Source of the DNA: Octopus vulgaris
Lineage: Eukaryota
DNA: 64,000 nt
Reading direction: 5' to 3'
NCBI GenBank assembly: GCA_951406725.2
Contig: OX597814.1
Location: 167,958,001 to 168,022,000, forward strand
Positions 1 to 13,535 of this stretch are shown here, in pieces. Each line of letters starts with the position of its first letter. Position 1 is the first letter of the stretch. Made by a program: the position numbers and the translations under genes. The notes beneath the pieces were generated by a model, which worked only from the letters and a program-made list of their open reading frames with translations, did not search any database and was not told the DNA's origin.

Positions 1-674
1 AGCACTGTATGCAAATAAGCTCAATATTATTATACTAATGCCAGAAAGATGAAAAGTAATGTCTATTCTAGCAGGATTTGTACTTAAAACATAAAAAGAT
101 GTAACCAAATAACACATGGCATTTTGCCCACTGCTCTCTGATTTTGATAGTCTACCATCTTTTTTATCAGCTGTAATATATTAACAAATGAATGATGTCA
201 GTTATATCCTGGTTGTGAGGATATTTCCATGGCTAAAGTGTGTAATCTATTGAACAGAAATATATCAGGAACATTCTTATAGTTCTGTATTTTTATTGAT
301 TAAAACTGACAAAGATATAAAAATAACGATGAATAAATTACTATGTCTGGAGTTAATTATAGAAGTAGTTTTTGCTATAAGATTGCAAGTTGTAAAGAAT
401 TCAGTTTGATCAAAATAACAATTTAGGATTAAAGATTTGAATAGTATAAATAGATGAGAAATCCTTAAGGAAACAAACTTGTTTAATGAAGGTTCTAAAC
501 CTGAGAAATTTTGATAGCCAAAAAATATTTGTGGTACAATTACAAGAATTAATGTGCCAAAAAGCATGTAGCCATTCTGATTTGGTTTGTTATGTAAAAA
601 AAATTAATTTCATTAGAATTGTTTTCTTAAACATCTAATTTTATATTTTGTTTTATTTTGATAAATAAAAACAG

Positions 675-792
675 GAAACCTAACGGTAATTTAATTGAAT
701 GTTTACCTGAATTAATGGCATTGTGTGATGGCAAGTTCGAAGTGTTGTTTTCAATGTTGAAAGATGAAATGCGTCGAGCCCATATTGAACAG
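675..792 (+). CDS. ASCC3: ASCC3 helicase, internal exon (C-terminal Sec63 region); upstream exons lie before the window
   Basis: acag|G...CAG|gtatgg; encodes KPNGNLIECLPELMALCDGKFEVLFSMLKDEMRRAHIEQ, resembling vertebrate ASCC3 IESLPELIHACGGK as recalled; phase 0 joins 3846. Confidence 0.88.
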
Positions 793-1535
793 GTATGGAG
801 ATGGCTTCCAATATTCTTACAGTTTTTTTTGTATCATCATAGCCTGAACTTATTATTTATCATGATTTACTGTCTTTATCAAAATATATTCTTAAAAAGA
901 GAAATTACTTGATGTTGTAATTTTTGTTTCTAAGATTATGTTTCTATTTTCCCTTCTGATTTTTTAATATAAAACAAAAGTAAATGCTGGAATTCATCTG
1001 TAGTTCTCTTCTATAGCAGATCATTTTCACTCTTTTTATAAATATTAACCTTATTTTCATCATTGGGTGGACGACAGAATTGATATGTTGGACAAAATGT
1101 TGTGTTACACTTAGTTTCATTCCATTGATTATATTTTGCTTTTGATTCTTCCAAGCAAACTAAAATGACTACCTGTTTTGTTTTAATAGACTAATTCTAG
1201 AAGAAGATGGCCCCAGTATGGCCTCAGATCAATGACTGAAAAATTTTCAAAAATATAATATCAACAATTCAATCCTTTACTTGAAAACCTCTAAAATTTA
1301 AATAATTTTTCTAGTGAAAGAGGACCCACAAATGGAAAATTTTTTAAACCACACAGAAAGGCTTTTTTAAGAAAGGGAGTAAGTGGGCATAAAATGAAAT
1401 TATAAAATGTATAACCAACTGAATTTGAACTATTAAAAGCAGATTACATTTAATGAAAAGCAAAACACTCCGAGAGCAAAATTGTTACATGTGTGATTCT
1501 TGGCTAGTGCTAAATTTATGTAAAACCACCTCTAT

Positions 1536-1573
<38 letters not shown>

Positions 1574-2143
1574 CTGAGTATGAAAAATGTAAATGGATAA
1601 AATGTTTAGACTTTGGTTGCACACCTAAGCTGTTCTCTGTAATTAAGCAGGGAAAAATGTTCAGTGTTGGTAAGAACTCTGGAAAGTGAAGAGCTTTTGT
1701 TAAATGACCATCCTTTCTACACAACTATAGAGGTGAACTAACAAGAAAACCTCTACACAGTCACATGACCTGTTAGATATAGCAGCCAAATCTCCCTCAA
1801 ACTGCACTGTACTGACTTAAAGAAAAGATCATCATCATATTAAATGGTTACAATTGGAATGCTTTTTAATCATACAATTGGAATGCTTTTTACCCAATCA
1901 GAGTTGACCAAGAACTATACAACAACAGTTGTTGTGGCCTTTGCATTTTGAAACTGGATGATCTCATGCCTTCTCCCCTTGAGTATTTCTGATTCATCCT
2001 TCCTCTCATCAATGATATTGTGTCTAGGTCCTGTTGTAATAACTATGTCTAGCCCATCCTCAGCAGAATATTGATCCTCTGCAATTTCTTTCCTGAACAT
2101 GTTTTACAACTGTTCAGAAACATTAACCACATCATCTCACCAG

Positions 2144-2272
2144 TACTAGCATAGCTAGGGTGTGTGCTACACGGGACAGCCCTTCATTTTGCCACCCTTG
2201 GACCCCAACAAAGAATACATATTATCTATTGCATACCCAAAAGTGGTGCCACCCCCTCTAGCTATGCTAGTG
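2144..2272. mobile_element. hAT-type MITE (129 bp)
   Basis: 15-bp TIRs TACTAGCATAGCTAG / CTAGCTATGCTAGTG; 8-bp TSD CTCACCAG at 2136-2143 and 2273-2280. Confidence 0.75.
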
Positions 2273-3402
2273 CTCACCAGTCTCAAAGGGCTTACAAAGG
2301 ATATGTGTGCAACTCCTTCCTTTATACTAAATCAATGAAAATATTTAAAAAGTTTGAATAAAAAGATTTAGGGTAGTTTCATTTTGGAGTCAATAAAGGA
2401 AAAAAAATTAAAATCTCAAAGTAAAGTCTACAACCAGATTTAAATTCTTAATTCACGGTTTGAACCTTGTCAATTTCTAGCAATGACTGATCTTATGTTT
2501 GTCAACTGCTAAGAAAATCTTTGGCTAGGTCCCACTAATGGTTGATTAAATGAGTGAGTGATCAAAAATCATCAAAGCTTTGAAGCCAATTATAAAATCA
2601 TAGCTCATAATACATTCATTGAGGAACTTGAAATCCTTTCCAAGTGTATGTTTATTCCTCCAACTATTCTAACAGCAAAATTTAGGATAGAATTCCTGTG
2701 AAAATCAAAGATTTTAATTTCATTACAAAACCGGTACTGGTTGAATTTAAAATTTAGAAGTAATGTTACAAACAAGTTTAAATTTTAAATTTAGCAATTT
2801 AAACTTTGCCAGTCACTCAAAAAAGTTAAATGGCTTCTTCAATATACTGTAAAAAAATGATTAGTATCAAAATAGGCAGCACACGTAATGGAAATTTCAG
2901 ATAAATTTAGCACTTCACAAGAAACAATGTTTGTAATCAGGAGCCAGTCTCTATAAACTGATTGTTATTTCATTTGAAGTTGTGTATATATATATGTGTG
3001 TGTGTGTGTATTTATATATATATATGTATGTATATATATATATATTTACATATATATGTATATATATGTGTGTGTATATATATATCATCATCATCATCAT
3101 CATCATAATTTAAATAATTTGGGAAACAAATTTCCAAATCAATCAGGTACAAGCCTTTAGCATTACATACATCTGCATATCATACAGTGGGGTCTTGATT
3201 ATCATATATTTATATATTTATCTAGAAATATACAAAATCTATAATAGAAATCAATAATAATTCAGTTTTTGGAATTAATAGATATGCGGGTATTCTATTT
3301 CAGATAATACAAAAAGATAACCTAATGAGTATATCTGAAGTTAAACTCATGGTATCTATTTGTACATCATGAAATAAAACGGTATTAAAGTGTTATTCTT
3401 AG

Positions 3403-3762
3403 GTGTATTATATCTCGGCCCTATCATATGCCTTGAGAAAGGTATATATGTCATTTGAAGAAGTCAAAGTGGTGTTGGCCACAAGGAAGTCTATTATAAA
3501 ATATAAAGATAAAGTATGGGCAAGAAAAGACACAAGAGATTGTTTTGATACACCCATGGGTGTCCCTGATTCTGCCCAAGTTACCAATCTTTTATCTGAA
3601 CTAGAGATAGAATTTACAAATATAGAGGGTGGTCTTTATAGGGACGACCTAATACTTATAACCAGGAACTATACTAATAGGTCATTAGAATACCTTAAGA
3701 AGAAAATGTACAAGTTCTTTAAGAATTATGGCCTAAGTACTAGGGTAATTTTCTTCAACTAA
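3403..3762 (+). mobile_element. Penelope-like retroelement RT fragment in an ASCC3 intron
   Basis: FDTPMGVPDSAQV...GGLYRDDLIL...KFFKNYGL; YRDD catalytic motif and FD..MG..D.A motif of PLE RTs. Confidence 0.7.
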
Positions 3763-3845
3763 AATTCTTCAGCATGGCCACAGTCTAATAACTGAAGCAA
3801 GTAAAAGATAAAAGATAGCTTTAATGTACTTTATTCTCTTTTAAG

Positions 3846-3960
3846 GTGTATCAAATCCTAACAAAACTACCACAGTTGGAAGTCAAGATGCATCTAAAAA
3901 AGAATGCATCAGATGAAGGTGCAGATGAAAATCAGACAGTAGAAATTGCCATTACTGCAG
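3846..3960 (+). CDS. ASCC3: ASCC3 internal exon
   Basis: ttaag|GTG...GCAG|gtaac; VYQILTKLPQLEVKMHLKK...EIAITA; phase 0 in, phase 1 out, matching 6997. Confidence 0.85.
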
Positions 3961-4283
3961 GTAACATCCCTATTTTGATTTGTAAAAAATTTATACCATT
4001 ATTTTGTTTTAGTTTTTATTTTGATTTTTGAGTCTTCAAACAGAAACATGTATGTAAATAAGTTTATAGTGTAAGGCTGCTTTTATACCATACAAGTGAG
4101 GAGGTCTGTAAATCAGTAATTCTTTACCTTTTTTCTTTTTATAGGGCATCCCTTTTAAGTTGTTGTTATGCCTAGTGCGTACCTAAGTAGCGAGTAAAGT
4201 ATCATGACTAAGCTAAATTAACATAGACAACAATGCATAAATTTTACTCTGGATAAATTGTATAAGCTTTTAATAAATATTTA

Positions 4284-5168
4284 TCTTACATATTAAAACT
4301 GAAAATGTTTGTGTGTGTGTGTATTGGTATGTCCTCAATTTGCGCCAAAACAGCTTGACCGATTCTTCTTAAACTTCACATGCACATTGCTTATGTGTCT
4401 GGAGAGGTTTTAAGTATAAATCGATTTCAAAAAAAATGTTTGGGTAAACAGCAGGAAGAATAACATTTGGGCGTGAGTGAACGGCGGGGGTTATTATTTT
4501 TAAGTTTCTAAGGGAAATAACCCATTCCCTCCTGGAAATAACCACCAAGGGAAATAACCCTTTCATTTTCAGTATGCTTATTTCTTAGTATTTGAACTAT
4601 TTTAGTTATTTTCTCAATTTATCCAATACAACACTTAAACAAGTAAGTAGTATTCTCCTAAACAATAGATTCACTTATTTCGATTAGTGGCTTATTCACA
4701 AATATAAACACTAGCACTGCTGAGGGCAATGTTCTCTGGGAACGCACAAAAGCTTTTTTTCGCAGTTAATTACTTGAATTGTTATTATCTCATATCTGAT
4801 TAGCCTGTTATTACATAACATGTTTCATGATTTTAGTATACATACCTTATTAGTATTTCCTCCTAAAATCTATATACACAGGAATGTATTAAAGCCATTT
4901 TTGGGACTACTTTATTTAATTCTTACAATAGGGTAATTAATTTCATGTTATTACATAACTGACTTCACAATTTGGGTATTCATAACTTATTGGGAATTCC
5001 TAAAAACAAGATCCTTTGTAAGACAGTTTGGTATTCTCAGTAAATATACAAAAGCCGTTTTAAGGGCTACATACTTTGTATTGTTGTTACTGGATTAGCA
5101 AAACAATTATGAGAACGAAACCAAGGGATAAGCCCACTTTCCCGGGAATTATCAGGTATGTCAGCTAC
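4284..5168 (+). mobile_element. Non-autonomous Helitron-like element; second Helitron-like 3' end at ~5492-5519
   Basis: Starts A|TC, then (TG)n and AAAACAGCTTGACCGATT; ends with a CCCGGG..CAGG hairpin-like stretch and GCTAC|T; the second end reads GCAAGGCTGGGTATCTCTGCTAG|T. Confidence 0.5.
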
Positions 5169-5657
5169 TATATATATATAGGCTTATTATAGCCTCAGGC
5201 TGACCAAAACCTTGTGAGTGGATTTCATACTCAGAAACTGAAAGAAGACTGTCGTATATATATGTGTGTTTGTGTCTTGTGTTTGTACTCCCACTATTGC
5301 TTGACAACTGATGTTGCTGTGTTAATATTTCCGTAACTTAGCGGTTTTGTAAAAGACACTGACAGAGTGAGTACTAGGCTTACAAAGAATAAATCCTTTG
5401 GTTGATTTCTTTGACCAATGGCAGTGCTCCCGCATGGCCGCAGTCACATGACTGAAACAAGTAAAACAATAAAAATTTGTGCCATTTTAATCTCAAGCAA
5501 GGCTGGGTATCTCTGCTAGTGCTTATAAAGATACTTATATAGGAAAAATTTTAATGTCAACTACAATTTTTACCAAGTGGATGTTTTTAAAATGGGGATT
5601 GATAAACTTTTGTTATTGTAATTATAAAACATGTATACTCTTACACACACACATTTA

Positions 5658-6075
5658 GGTGCAGGAGTGGCTGTGTGGTAAGAATCTTGCTTCCCAACCA
5701 CATACTTCCGGGTTCAGTCCCACTGCGTGGCACCTTGGGCAAATGTCTTCTACTATAGCCTTGGGCTGACCAAAGCCTTGCGAGTAGATTTGGTAGACAG
5801 AAACTGAAGGAAACCCATTGTGTGTATTTGTGTGTGTGTGTATGTGTGTATATATTTGTTTGTGTGTGTTTGTCCCCGCCACCACCACCATCGCTTGACA
5901 ACCAATGTTGGTGTGTTTACATCCCCATAATTTGGTGGTTTAGCAAAAGAGATCACTGCAATATGCACTAGGCTTACAAAGAATAAGTCCCGGGATCGAT
6001 TTGTTTGACTAAAGGCGATGCTCCATCATGGCCACAGTCAAATGACTGAAACAAGTAAAAGAATAAAAGAAAGAA
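5658..6075 (+). mobile_element. tRNA-derived SINE family A, full length. Other copies: ~5180-5473+, 16983-17148+, 17162-17583-, 24023-24185+, 32429-32838+, 33391-33962-, 57535-57710+, 59270-60058-
   Basis: Head GGTGCAGGAGTGGCTGTGTGGTAAG with B-box-like GGTTCAGTCC, central (TA/TG)n, tail GACTGAAACAAGTAAAAGAATAAAAG; repeated many times in the window. Confidence 0.85.
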
Positions 6076-6996
6076 TCTAATATATATATTATATTATTTA
6101 CTATAAATGCAAGGCCTGAAATCTTTTTTGAAGTGGAAGATTATATTGACCCTAGTGTTCAACTTACACTAAAATGATGAAAGGCAAAGTCAACCTCAGT
6201 GGCATATTAATTCAATATATAAAATCAATTTCAAAAACCAATAACTGCAGTAGTCAAAGATTACTTGGTATATCTTAATCTCATTATTGTTAATATCTGA
6301 CAAAAATTCTCAGAATATTATTAATATTTCTATATTTTGAAACTCAAATTTGAAAACAATTATGAAACAAGTTTCATTTGTAGAACTTGGAAAATACATT
6401 CATGTTTATTTTGCTTATTTTGGTATATTTGGTTGTGTATGTGTGTTTGTGTGAGTGCGTTTTAAGATATAGGTTGTTATAGGCTATTCTTATTCTAGCT
6501 GCTAAACTCTCAGAGCAACCAACCCACTACAGATTTGGTTGCCTAGGTAGCAGAAGCTATTAACTACTTCTAGTTTTTTCCCCTAGCATGTGATGGAATC
6601 TGTTTTCTGTAAATCTTCACTGTTTGTTGCCCCTGTGAATCTGCCACACAAAAACTATCTTCCCAGTTAACCTTCCTTTGATATTGCTGCACCTTTTATG
6701 TGTCCATAGCTTACACTGGGTACATCATATGGAGTTTCTACCCACGCCTTCTCTACAGATCAAGCAGGGCCATCTACCTGAAGGGGTTTGTGATTTGACA
6801 GCCTTCCAACTTGAGAGTTTTTCAGAATCATATTAAAAAGATGACATAAACATTTAAAAATATATTTTTGTTTATTTACTATCAATTAGTTGAGGGTAAT
6901 CAATCACTGATCCTAAAACAATTTGTTACAACCTCACATATACAGATGTTAAGTTATCCTAAAAATTTAATTGTATTCATAACTCTGTTCACACAG

Positions 6997-7088
6997 GAGG
7001 GCACCGTAATGCAAAACAGTGGATCAAAGTGTATGCTGACCAAGAATATACTTTACAGTTGGAATTATCCAAAATTAATAAAACAAAA
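6997..7088 (+). CDS. ASCC3: ASCC3 penultimate coding exon (not in the ORF track in this frame)
   Basis: acacag|GA...AAA|gtaagt; GGHRNAKQWIKVYADQEYTLQLELSKINKTK matches the ASCC3 WIKLHADQEYVLQV motif. Confidence 0.9.
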
Positions 7089-7342
7089 GTAAGTATTGTA
7101 ACATATTTAATGTTTACTAACCTTTTTTTTATTTCTTGTAAGAAATTAAATTTCTGAGATAAAAAGAAACTACAAAGATTTTGAAATAAATCTTAGTTCC
7201 ATCTGGACTAAGAGTATATATTTAAACAATGTTATCTATTACTAAAATATCTATTTGTTCTAAGGCTCTAAATATATATGTAAAATACTGAAAATTAAAT
7301 TAAAAATCAAAACTATGATTTTGTTTTTTTTGTCTTTTTCAG

Positions 7343-7603
7343 AAACCTGACACTAAAGCTTATGTTCCCAAATTCCCTAAAGGTAAAGACGAAGGGTGGA
7401 TATTAATTTTAGGAGAGATAGAATCACAGGAACTTATTGCTTTAAAAAGAGTTGGTTATGTACGCTATCATAGCCGGCCTCAGTTAGCCTTCTTCACTCC
7501 GGAAAAACCTGGTCGTTTCATTTACACATTCTACCTGATGAGTGATTCATACTTGGGACTGGATCAGCAATATGATATCTTCTTGGATGTATTGCCTTCA
7601 TAA
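7343..7603 (+). CDS. ASCC3: ASCC3 terminal coding exon
   Basis: tttcag|AAA; KPDTKAYVPKFPKGKDEGWILILGEIESQELIALKRVGY...YLMSDSYLGLDQQYDIFLDVLPS*; typical Sec63 C-terminus of ASCC3; TAA at 7601-7603. Confidence 0.93.
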   Translation, partial: KPDTKAYVPKFPKGKDEGWILILGEIESQELIALKRVGYVRYHSRPQLAFFTPEKPGRFIYTFYLMSDSYLGLDQQYDIFLDVLPS

Positions 7604-7630
7604 TGTATATATGGTTTAAGAAAAAATGAA

Positions 7631-7636
7631 AATAAA
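7631..7636 (+). promoter_or_regulatory. Candidate polyadenylation signal of ASCC3
   Basis: AATAAA 27 nt after the stop, followed by a GT/T-rich tract at ~7677-7700. Confidence 0.4.
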
Positions 7637-9358
7637 TAATCAGATACTTTGTTATTAAAAGACTTTGCTGGATAAATGTGTTGTTTCTTTTTCATTGTAT
7701 TGAATAATTACTGTGTAAGAAATTTTGTTTTTGATTCAAGAAAACTAAATGCGACTTTTATAAATTCAACTTAAAAATTCATTGCTCTGTTCTCATGCCG
7801 GTTAGGTCTAAACTATCTGCAACTAGACATCAATATTATAAATATTATAGCTATTGTTAAAGGCAGCAAGCTTGCAAAATCATTTGCACACCAGGTGAAA
7901 TGCTTAGTGGCATTTCATATATCTTTATGTTCTGAGTTCAAATTCTGCTGGGGTCAACTTTGCCTTTCATTTCTTTTGGGGGTCAATAAAATAAGTTCCA
8001 GCTGAGCACTAGGGTTGATATAATCAATTTAGCCCCTCCCCAAAACTCTTGGCATTGTGCCAAAATTTGAAACATATATTGATATTCTTTTCTATTCTCG
8101 GCACAAGGCCTGAAATTTTGGAGGAAGGGGCCAGTTGATTAGATCGACTCCAGTACGCAACTGGTACTTAATTTATCAACTCCGAAAGGATGAAAGGCAA
8201 AGTCAACCTTGGCGGAATTTGAACTCAGAACGTAAAGACAGACGAAATACCGCAAAGCATTTCGCTAACGTTTCTGCCAGCTCACCACCTTAAACCGATA
8301 TAAATACTGTTTGAATTATATGCACCTATGGCATAATTATTCAGATTTTTCATTCTTTAGTTAATAAAGGAGGGGTAGTTTGTGCCCCTAACTTTTTCAG
8401 TTCCTCTTGGGCTGGGAGGAATCAGATTAACTGAGTGAGTGTATGATGGCTTTTATATTTACATTTGAACTTTTAAAGGGAAAATGTAATTGAAACAATG
8501 CAAAGAAGAAATGTAAAAAGTGTTTAGTATGGAGTATAGCATATCTATGTTAATAAACGCAAAATTCTGTCTGTCTAGGAGCCTTGTATCTCAGTCTACA
8601 TTTGTTCTACATAGACATATTATACCTTTTTAGAATCACGATGATCTCAGGATTGAAAATCTGCCCTTCATTTGGTTCTTGAACATCCAGCATTGGGATC
8701 TGATTTAAAAGCATTTTAGTTGCTATTTCTAGCAAGTAAAGCTTGGCTGATTCACGCCATCTTGGTTGGCATTTGTCAGATGACGTCAGAGATCAAGGGA
8801 GAGATAAATGACATTCGCTTCATTAATTTTATGTTAAGATAAGAACTTTGGGACAACTTGACCAACAGTTGGAATTCAACTTGTGACTGGAATGATAGAA
8901 TGATTGCATTACAGAATTAATTCTTATCAGTCCTTATCCTCTGATCAAACACCACTGGGGCATATAGTCATTATAGACATATTATAGTCATGCTATTTAG
9001 CTCCCTTTAGTTTTGGGTCACAGGCCCAATTAGCTCCTCTGCAGGAGCTAGCTTAAAAGTCTGTACAGAGTGCGGCTTTTGAGCTAGTGCTCGATATAGG
9101 ATGTAGTAATTGTTGTTGTTACTGGCTTTCTTTCAGGGTGTAAGATTTTGATGGCTCCCTCCCATGATCTTCTGTCATACATTGAGTAGCTGAGCTACCT
9201 GTGTGAGGTTAATCCATAGGGTATGTAAGCATTAATAAGAAAACAGACTGTTGGAAAATGTATACAGTTTGTTAAATAAAGACAGCTTGTAAAAAAGTAA
9301 GCAGTTAATGTGAAAAATCTAGTCAGATATAAATAGTCTTAGTTTTCATGCAGTCCTT

Positions 9359-12300
9359 CTATGGCATGTAACATAGGGCAAAGAAGATGGAGGTGGTGGA
9401 GTGTATGTAGGAGTGGGGGGTGTCAGAAAATGCCTTCTTAAGTCTATCCACCGAAACAGTCTCTTTCCTACCATTAATGTCAATAGTAAAAAGCTTGTCT
9501 GTATGTTGAAGAATCCGATAAGGTCCTGTGAATAGTGGTGTGAGAGGGCCTCTCACAGAGTCATTGCATAAGAATACATGGGTCCACAAAGCAATATCCT
9601 TAGGGATGGCAGATTTCGCTGTTTGTAACTGAGTGTTCATCGGCAGTAGATCAGAGAAGTATGACTGCAATTGGCCAATGTAGATGGAAAGATCCTGGGT
9701 AGCCATATCCATTGGTGCCAACATCTGGTCAGGCAAAGTTAAGGGTACTCCATACAGCAGTTCAGTGGAAGAATAATCCAGATCTGCTTTAATAGCGGAT
9801 CGACAACCTAATAGAACGATAGGGAGATATTCGGTCCATCTTTGCAGGTCTGATGAAGCCGAAGGGCTGCTTTCAGCTGACAGTGGAACTGCTCAACCAT
9901 TCCATTTGAAGCAGGATGGTAATTTGTGGTATGCAAATGTTGCACTCCCAATAGGCGTAACAGTTCACAAAAAAGATGAAACTCAAATTGCCATCCTCAG
10001 TCAGTGGTGATCCTTGAGGGAACACCAAAGTGAGAGATCAAAGCACAAGCTACCAATTCAGTGGAAATGTCCACTAAAGGGATGGTTTCAGGCCAACGAG
10101 AGAACCAATCGATGTAAGTAAGAATATAAGTGTATCCACAACTGCTGGGCCAAGGACAAACTAGGTTGATGTGAATATGGCAGAAATATGTGTCGAATTT
10201 TCCTAATGGAGCACAGATATGTCAGTGGACTTTGGAACATTCAGAACAAGCCCAAGCAGTAATATGCCAGCGCATATCCAACCAGAAGAAACGAGCCATA
10301 ATAACCCTGACTGAGGCCACAATGCCTGGATGGGATAAAGAATATAGAGTGTCGAACATGATTCAACAGTGATTGTCAGGAACCAGTAGTCTCAGTGCAT
10401 CTGTAGAGATGTCACAGAGAATATTTCTGTCTGTTGACGATAGAAGTATTTGAATTGATAGTGCAAGTATACAGAAGAGGAGGTGTCAAATGAAGAGGCA
10501 GTTGATTGGAAGCTATTGTGACCAAACCTATTGCAGCGACGATGAAACAGGAAGTCTTGATAATGTGTCAGCTGGGATGTTTTCAGGTCCTGAGATATGA
10601 TGGATGTCATTCATAAATTGCAATGTAAAATCCAGGTGTCGAATCTCCCTCGGCAAGTACTTGTCCAACTTTGAATGAAGGGCGAATGTCAACAGTTTAT
10701 GGTCAGTGAAGATCACAAAATCTCACCCCACTAGAAAGTGGTAAAAGTGTTTGACTGTGAGGTAAGTGGAGAGGAGTTCTCATCCAAACATACTATATTG
10801 TGTTTCAGTGACTTTTAAACAGTGTGAGAAGAACGCCAATGGTTGCATTTGTCCATGAATAATTTGTTGCAAAACTGCACATAATGCAAAATCTGAAGCA
10901 TCAACTGCTAATGCAAGCTTTACTCCTGGAATAGGATGGGTAAGATAAGAGAGTTGTGCAAGTTCTGATTTCACTGTATCAAAAATGCATAACTCAACTG
11001 GAGAAGGGGAAACATCTGTGTTGTTCTTTCTATCCTTGAGTAGGTTGGTCAAAGGTATTAGTTTCTCTGTGCAGTTGGGTATAAATCTGCAATAAAAGTT
11101 AATCAGCCTAGGAAATAGCAGAGCTATCACAATGAGGTTGGAGGTGGGAGCTGCTGGATTGCTTCCACTTTCACAGGAAGTGGACAGATGCCATCAAAAT
11201 CTATGATGTGTCCCAGGAATTCCAAAGTGTTTGAACCAAACTTTTGCTGGGTTAACTTTAACGTTGTAGGATTGCAGATGTCAAAATAGTTGGGTCAGAT
11301 GTTGATCAAGTTCAACAGTAGCACTGGCGATGAGGAGGTCGTCCACATATGCAAAAACGAATTCCATACCATGAACAATTTCATCCATGTACTGCTGGAA
11401 TGTGCTTGCAGCATTGCATAATCCAAACAGCATGGACAAAAACTCAAGAGAACCAAATGGTGTAGACAACTGTTTTTGGAATATCTTCCGGGTTCACTGG
11501 GATCTGGTGGTATGTATGTACCAGGTCTATCTTGGAAGAAACGGTGCATCCATGTAGAGTAGATGGAAAGTCCTACAGATGAGGTAGAGGATACCTGTCA
11601 GGGGTGGTGGTGGTGGTGTTGAGACATCTATAATCCCCCACTGGGCGAAAATCAGCATCACCTTTACAGGCCATGTACAAAGGAAATGCCCATGGGCTCG
11701 TAGATGGCTGGACCAGTCCTAGCTGGAGCATGTGTTCAAATTCAGCTTGAGCTGCTTTGAGCTTGTCCAGTGCCAACCGACACAGACAGGAAAAAATAGG
11801 AGGTCCCTTCATGGCGATGAAATGTCCCATGGAGCAAACAGGATCAGTAGGTTTAAATGACAAGTTAGTGAGCTCCAGAAAAGAAGCAAGCAATGCATGA
11901 TATTGGTCTCCTGAGGCAGCAATGAAGAAAGAGGGACTCACAAGAGCAACAAAAGAATCCTTTCCAGGAGTTGACAGAGAGGTGGTAACGTTGAGAAACT
12001 GCTGCCTTCTCACATCTGCCAGTAGTGATGTAAGAAATCAGCACCCAATGTTGGATAAGACAGATCAGTGATGATGAAAATCCATTTGAAATCTCTACAT
12101 TAAACGATGATGATGATGATGATGATAGATACAGCCAAGGATAAGGATATCTGCCCAAAGGTCCGGATAGCAGAGTGGTTGACAGCATACAAGGATATAT
12201 TGGAAAGATCAGCCTTGGTCAAGGTAAAACCTAAGGGCCAAATGCTCACACTGGCTCCAGTATCAACCATAAGAGACTTAGAAGAGATGATGTCTCTTAC

Positions 12301-13535
12301 GAAAAAAGCACAATACAGAGTAGAACTGACCGCGAGGACCTCTGACGTGCCCTGGGCCTTCCATGTTAGTTTTCCTATGGAGAGTAAAAACATGGCCGTA
12401 TACATCATCTGGCTTGGTTCTTGAAATGCCAATGGTACCTACAGTGTGAGGTGTTCGGAAAGATTGCCTGACTGCAAGGAGAGGAAGAATGATACCTAAA
12501 ACATGGTCTGGAAGAATGAACGTTACACATGTGTGAAATTTAGTGTGCCAAGTCCTTAATGCCCTTGAGGGTTGCTGTATGACCTGAAAGTTCCACAGTG
12601 GAGGAGTCCTGGGCAGCTGAAGAAGAAGAAGCAACAGCTACTACTCTGCTGGCTGTGGAAGATTCCCTGGAGAATTCCAGTATCTTGTCCACCAACATAG
12701 CTATCTGGTCCATCAAGCTGCCTTCCACCATCAGAGCTAAAATCAGTTGCACATTGAGCGGCCAAGAGAAGAATAACTGTTTCACAAAGGAGCTTTCTTC
12801 CATAGAACCATCAGCTAACTCGTGGATACAGTGCAAAAATTCAGTCAGGGACCTGTCCCCGAGATGCTCATCTTCCAGGAGCATACAGAAGCAGCTTTCG
12901 GAGGATTTGGAATTTCTGCAGAGCACTTCCACCTTAATAGATCTGTAGGAGGCATCAGGTAGAGTATCCTTGATGAGGTCCTTGATTGTAAGTGCAAGAA
13001 CAGAAGGGATGCCACTAATTACAATGTACAGTCATTGCTGAGCTGATTGAATGTTGTTTGCCATAAAGTAAGACTTGAGTTGGGTGAACCGCATGCATGT
13101 GTCACCATGATAGTGGGGAAGTGTGGTACGACTCATCTTCTGAAGAGAAAACTGAAACACACATGCAGAAGGAATACGAGCCAATCAAAACCAAAATCCA
13201 GAAAATGTGGTAGGGAAGAAAATTCCACAAGTGGCAGTGAGAATGTGAGATGAAGACAAGGATGAAAAAGAAACACAAAATTGTACCTGAGTATAAAGAA
13301 TGCGTATAAATGATCCTGAAGAAAATTTCAAGTGACAAAGGAAGAATACATGATGTCAACTTGAACCAGTAGACCAAAACTGTAAGAAGAATGTATGGTT
13401 TCCATGCCAGCAGAAAGAGCTGGAAAATACCACATTGTATAATTGTACAGAGTTATAGTCTAGGCGGTGAGAGTTCTCCAGAATACAACAATTTCAGCAG
13501 AAATTCCTGGTATAGAAAAATATGCAGGGTCACCA
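9359..13535 (-). mobile_element. Decayed Ty3/Gypsy LTR-retrotransposon internal region (gag-PR-RT-RNaseH-IN), many stops and frameshifts
   Basis: gag LGDRSLTEFL (~12540-13130); protease MVDTGASVS; RT SPWAFPL/GDYRCLN/PDRYPLP/FAYVDDLLIAS; RNase H VDASDFA/QPLAFFS/FTDHKLL; integrase HPASNGMVE/LPIVLLGCR/GPYRIL; PBS-like TGGTGACCC at 13535-13527. Confidence 0.92.

Noticed and set aside
277-567. 96-aa minus-strand ORF or Penelope endonuclease remnant
   Set aside because: AT-rich with no convincing motif; similarity too weak to call.
5658-5735. tRNA genes
   Set aside because: The A/B-box heads belong to SINEs; no complete cloverleaf.
9359-13130. Domesticated or active gag-pol gene
   Set aside because: Numerous stops and frameshifts in every domain.
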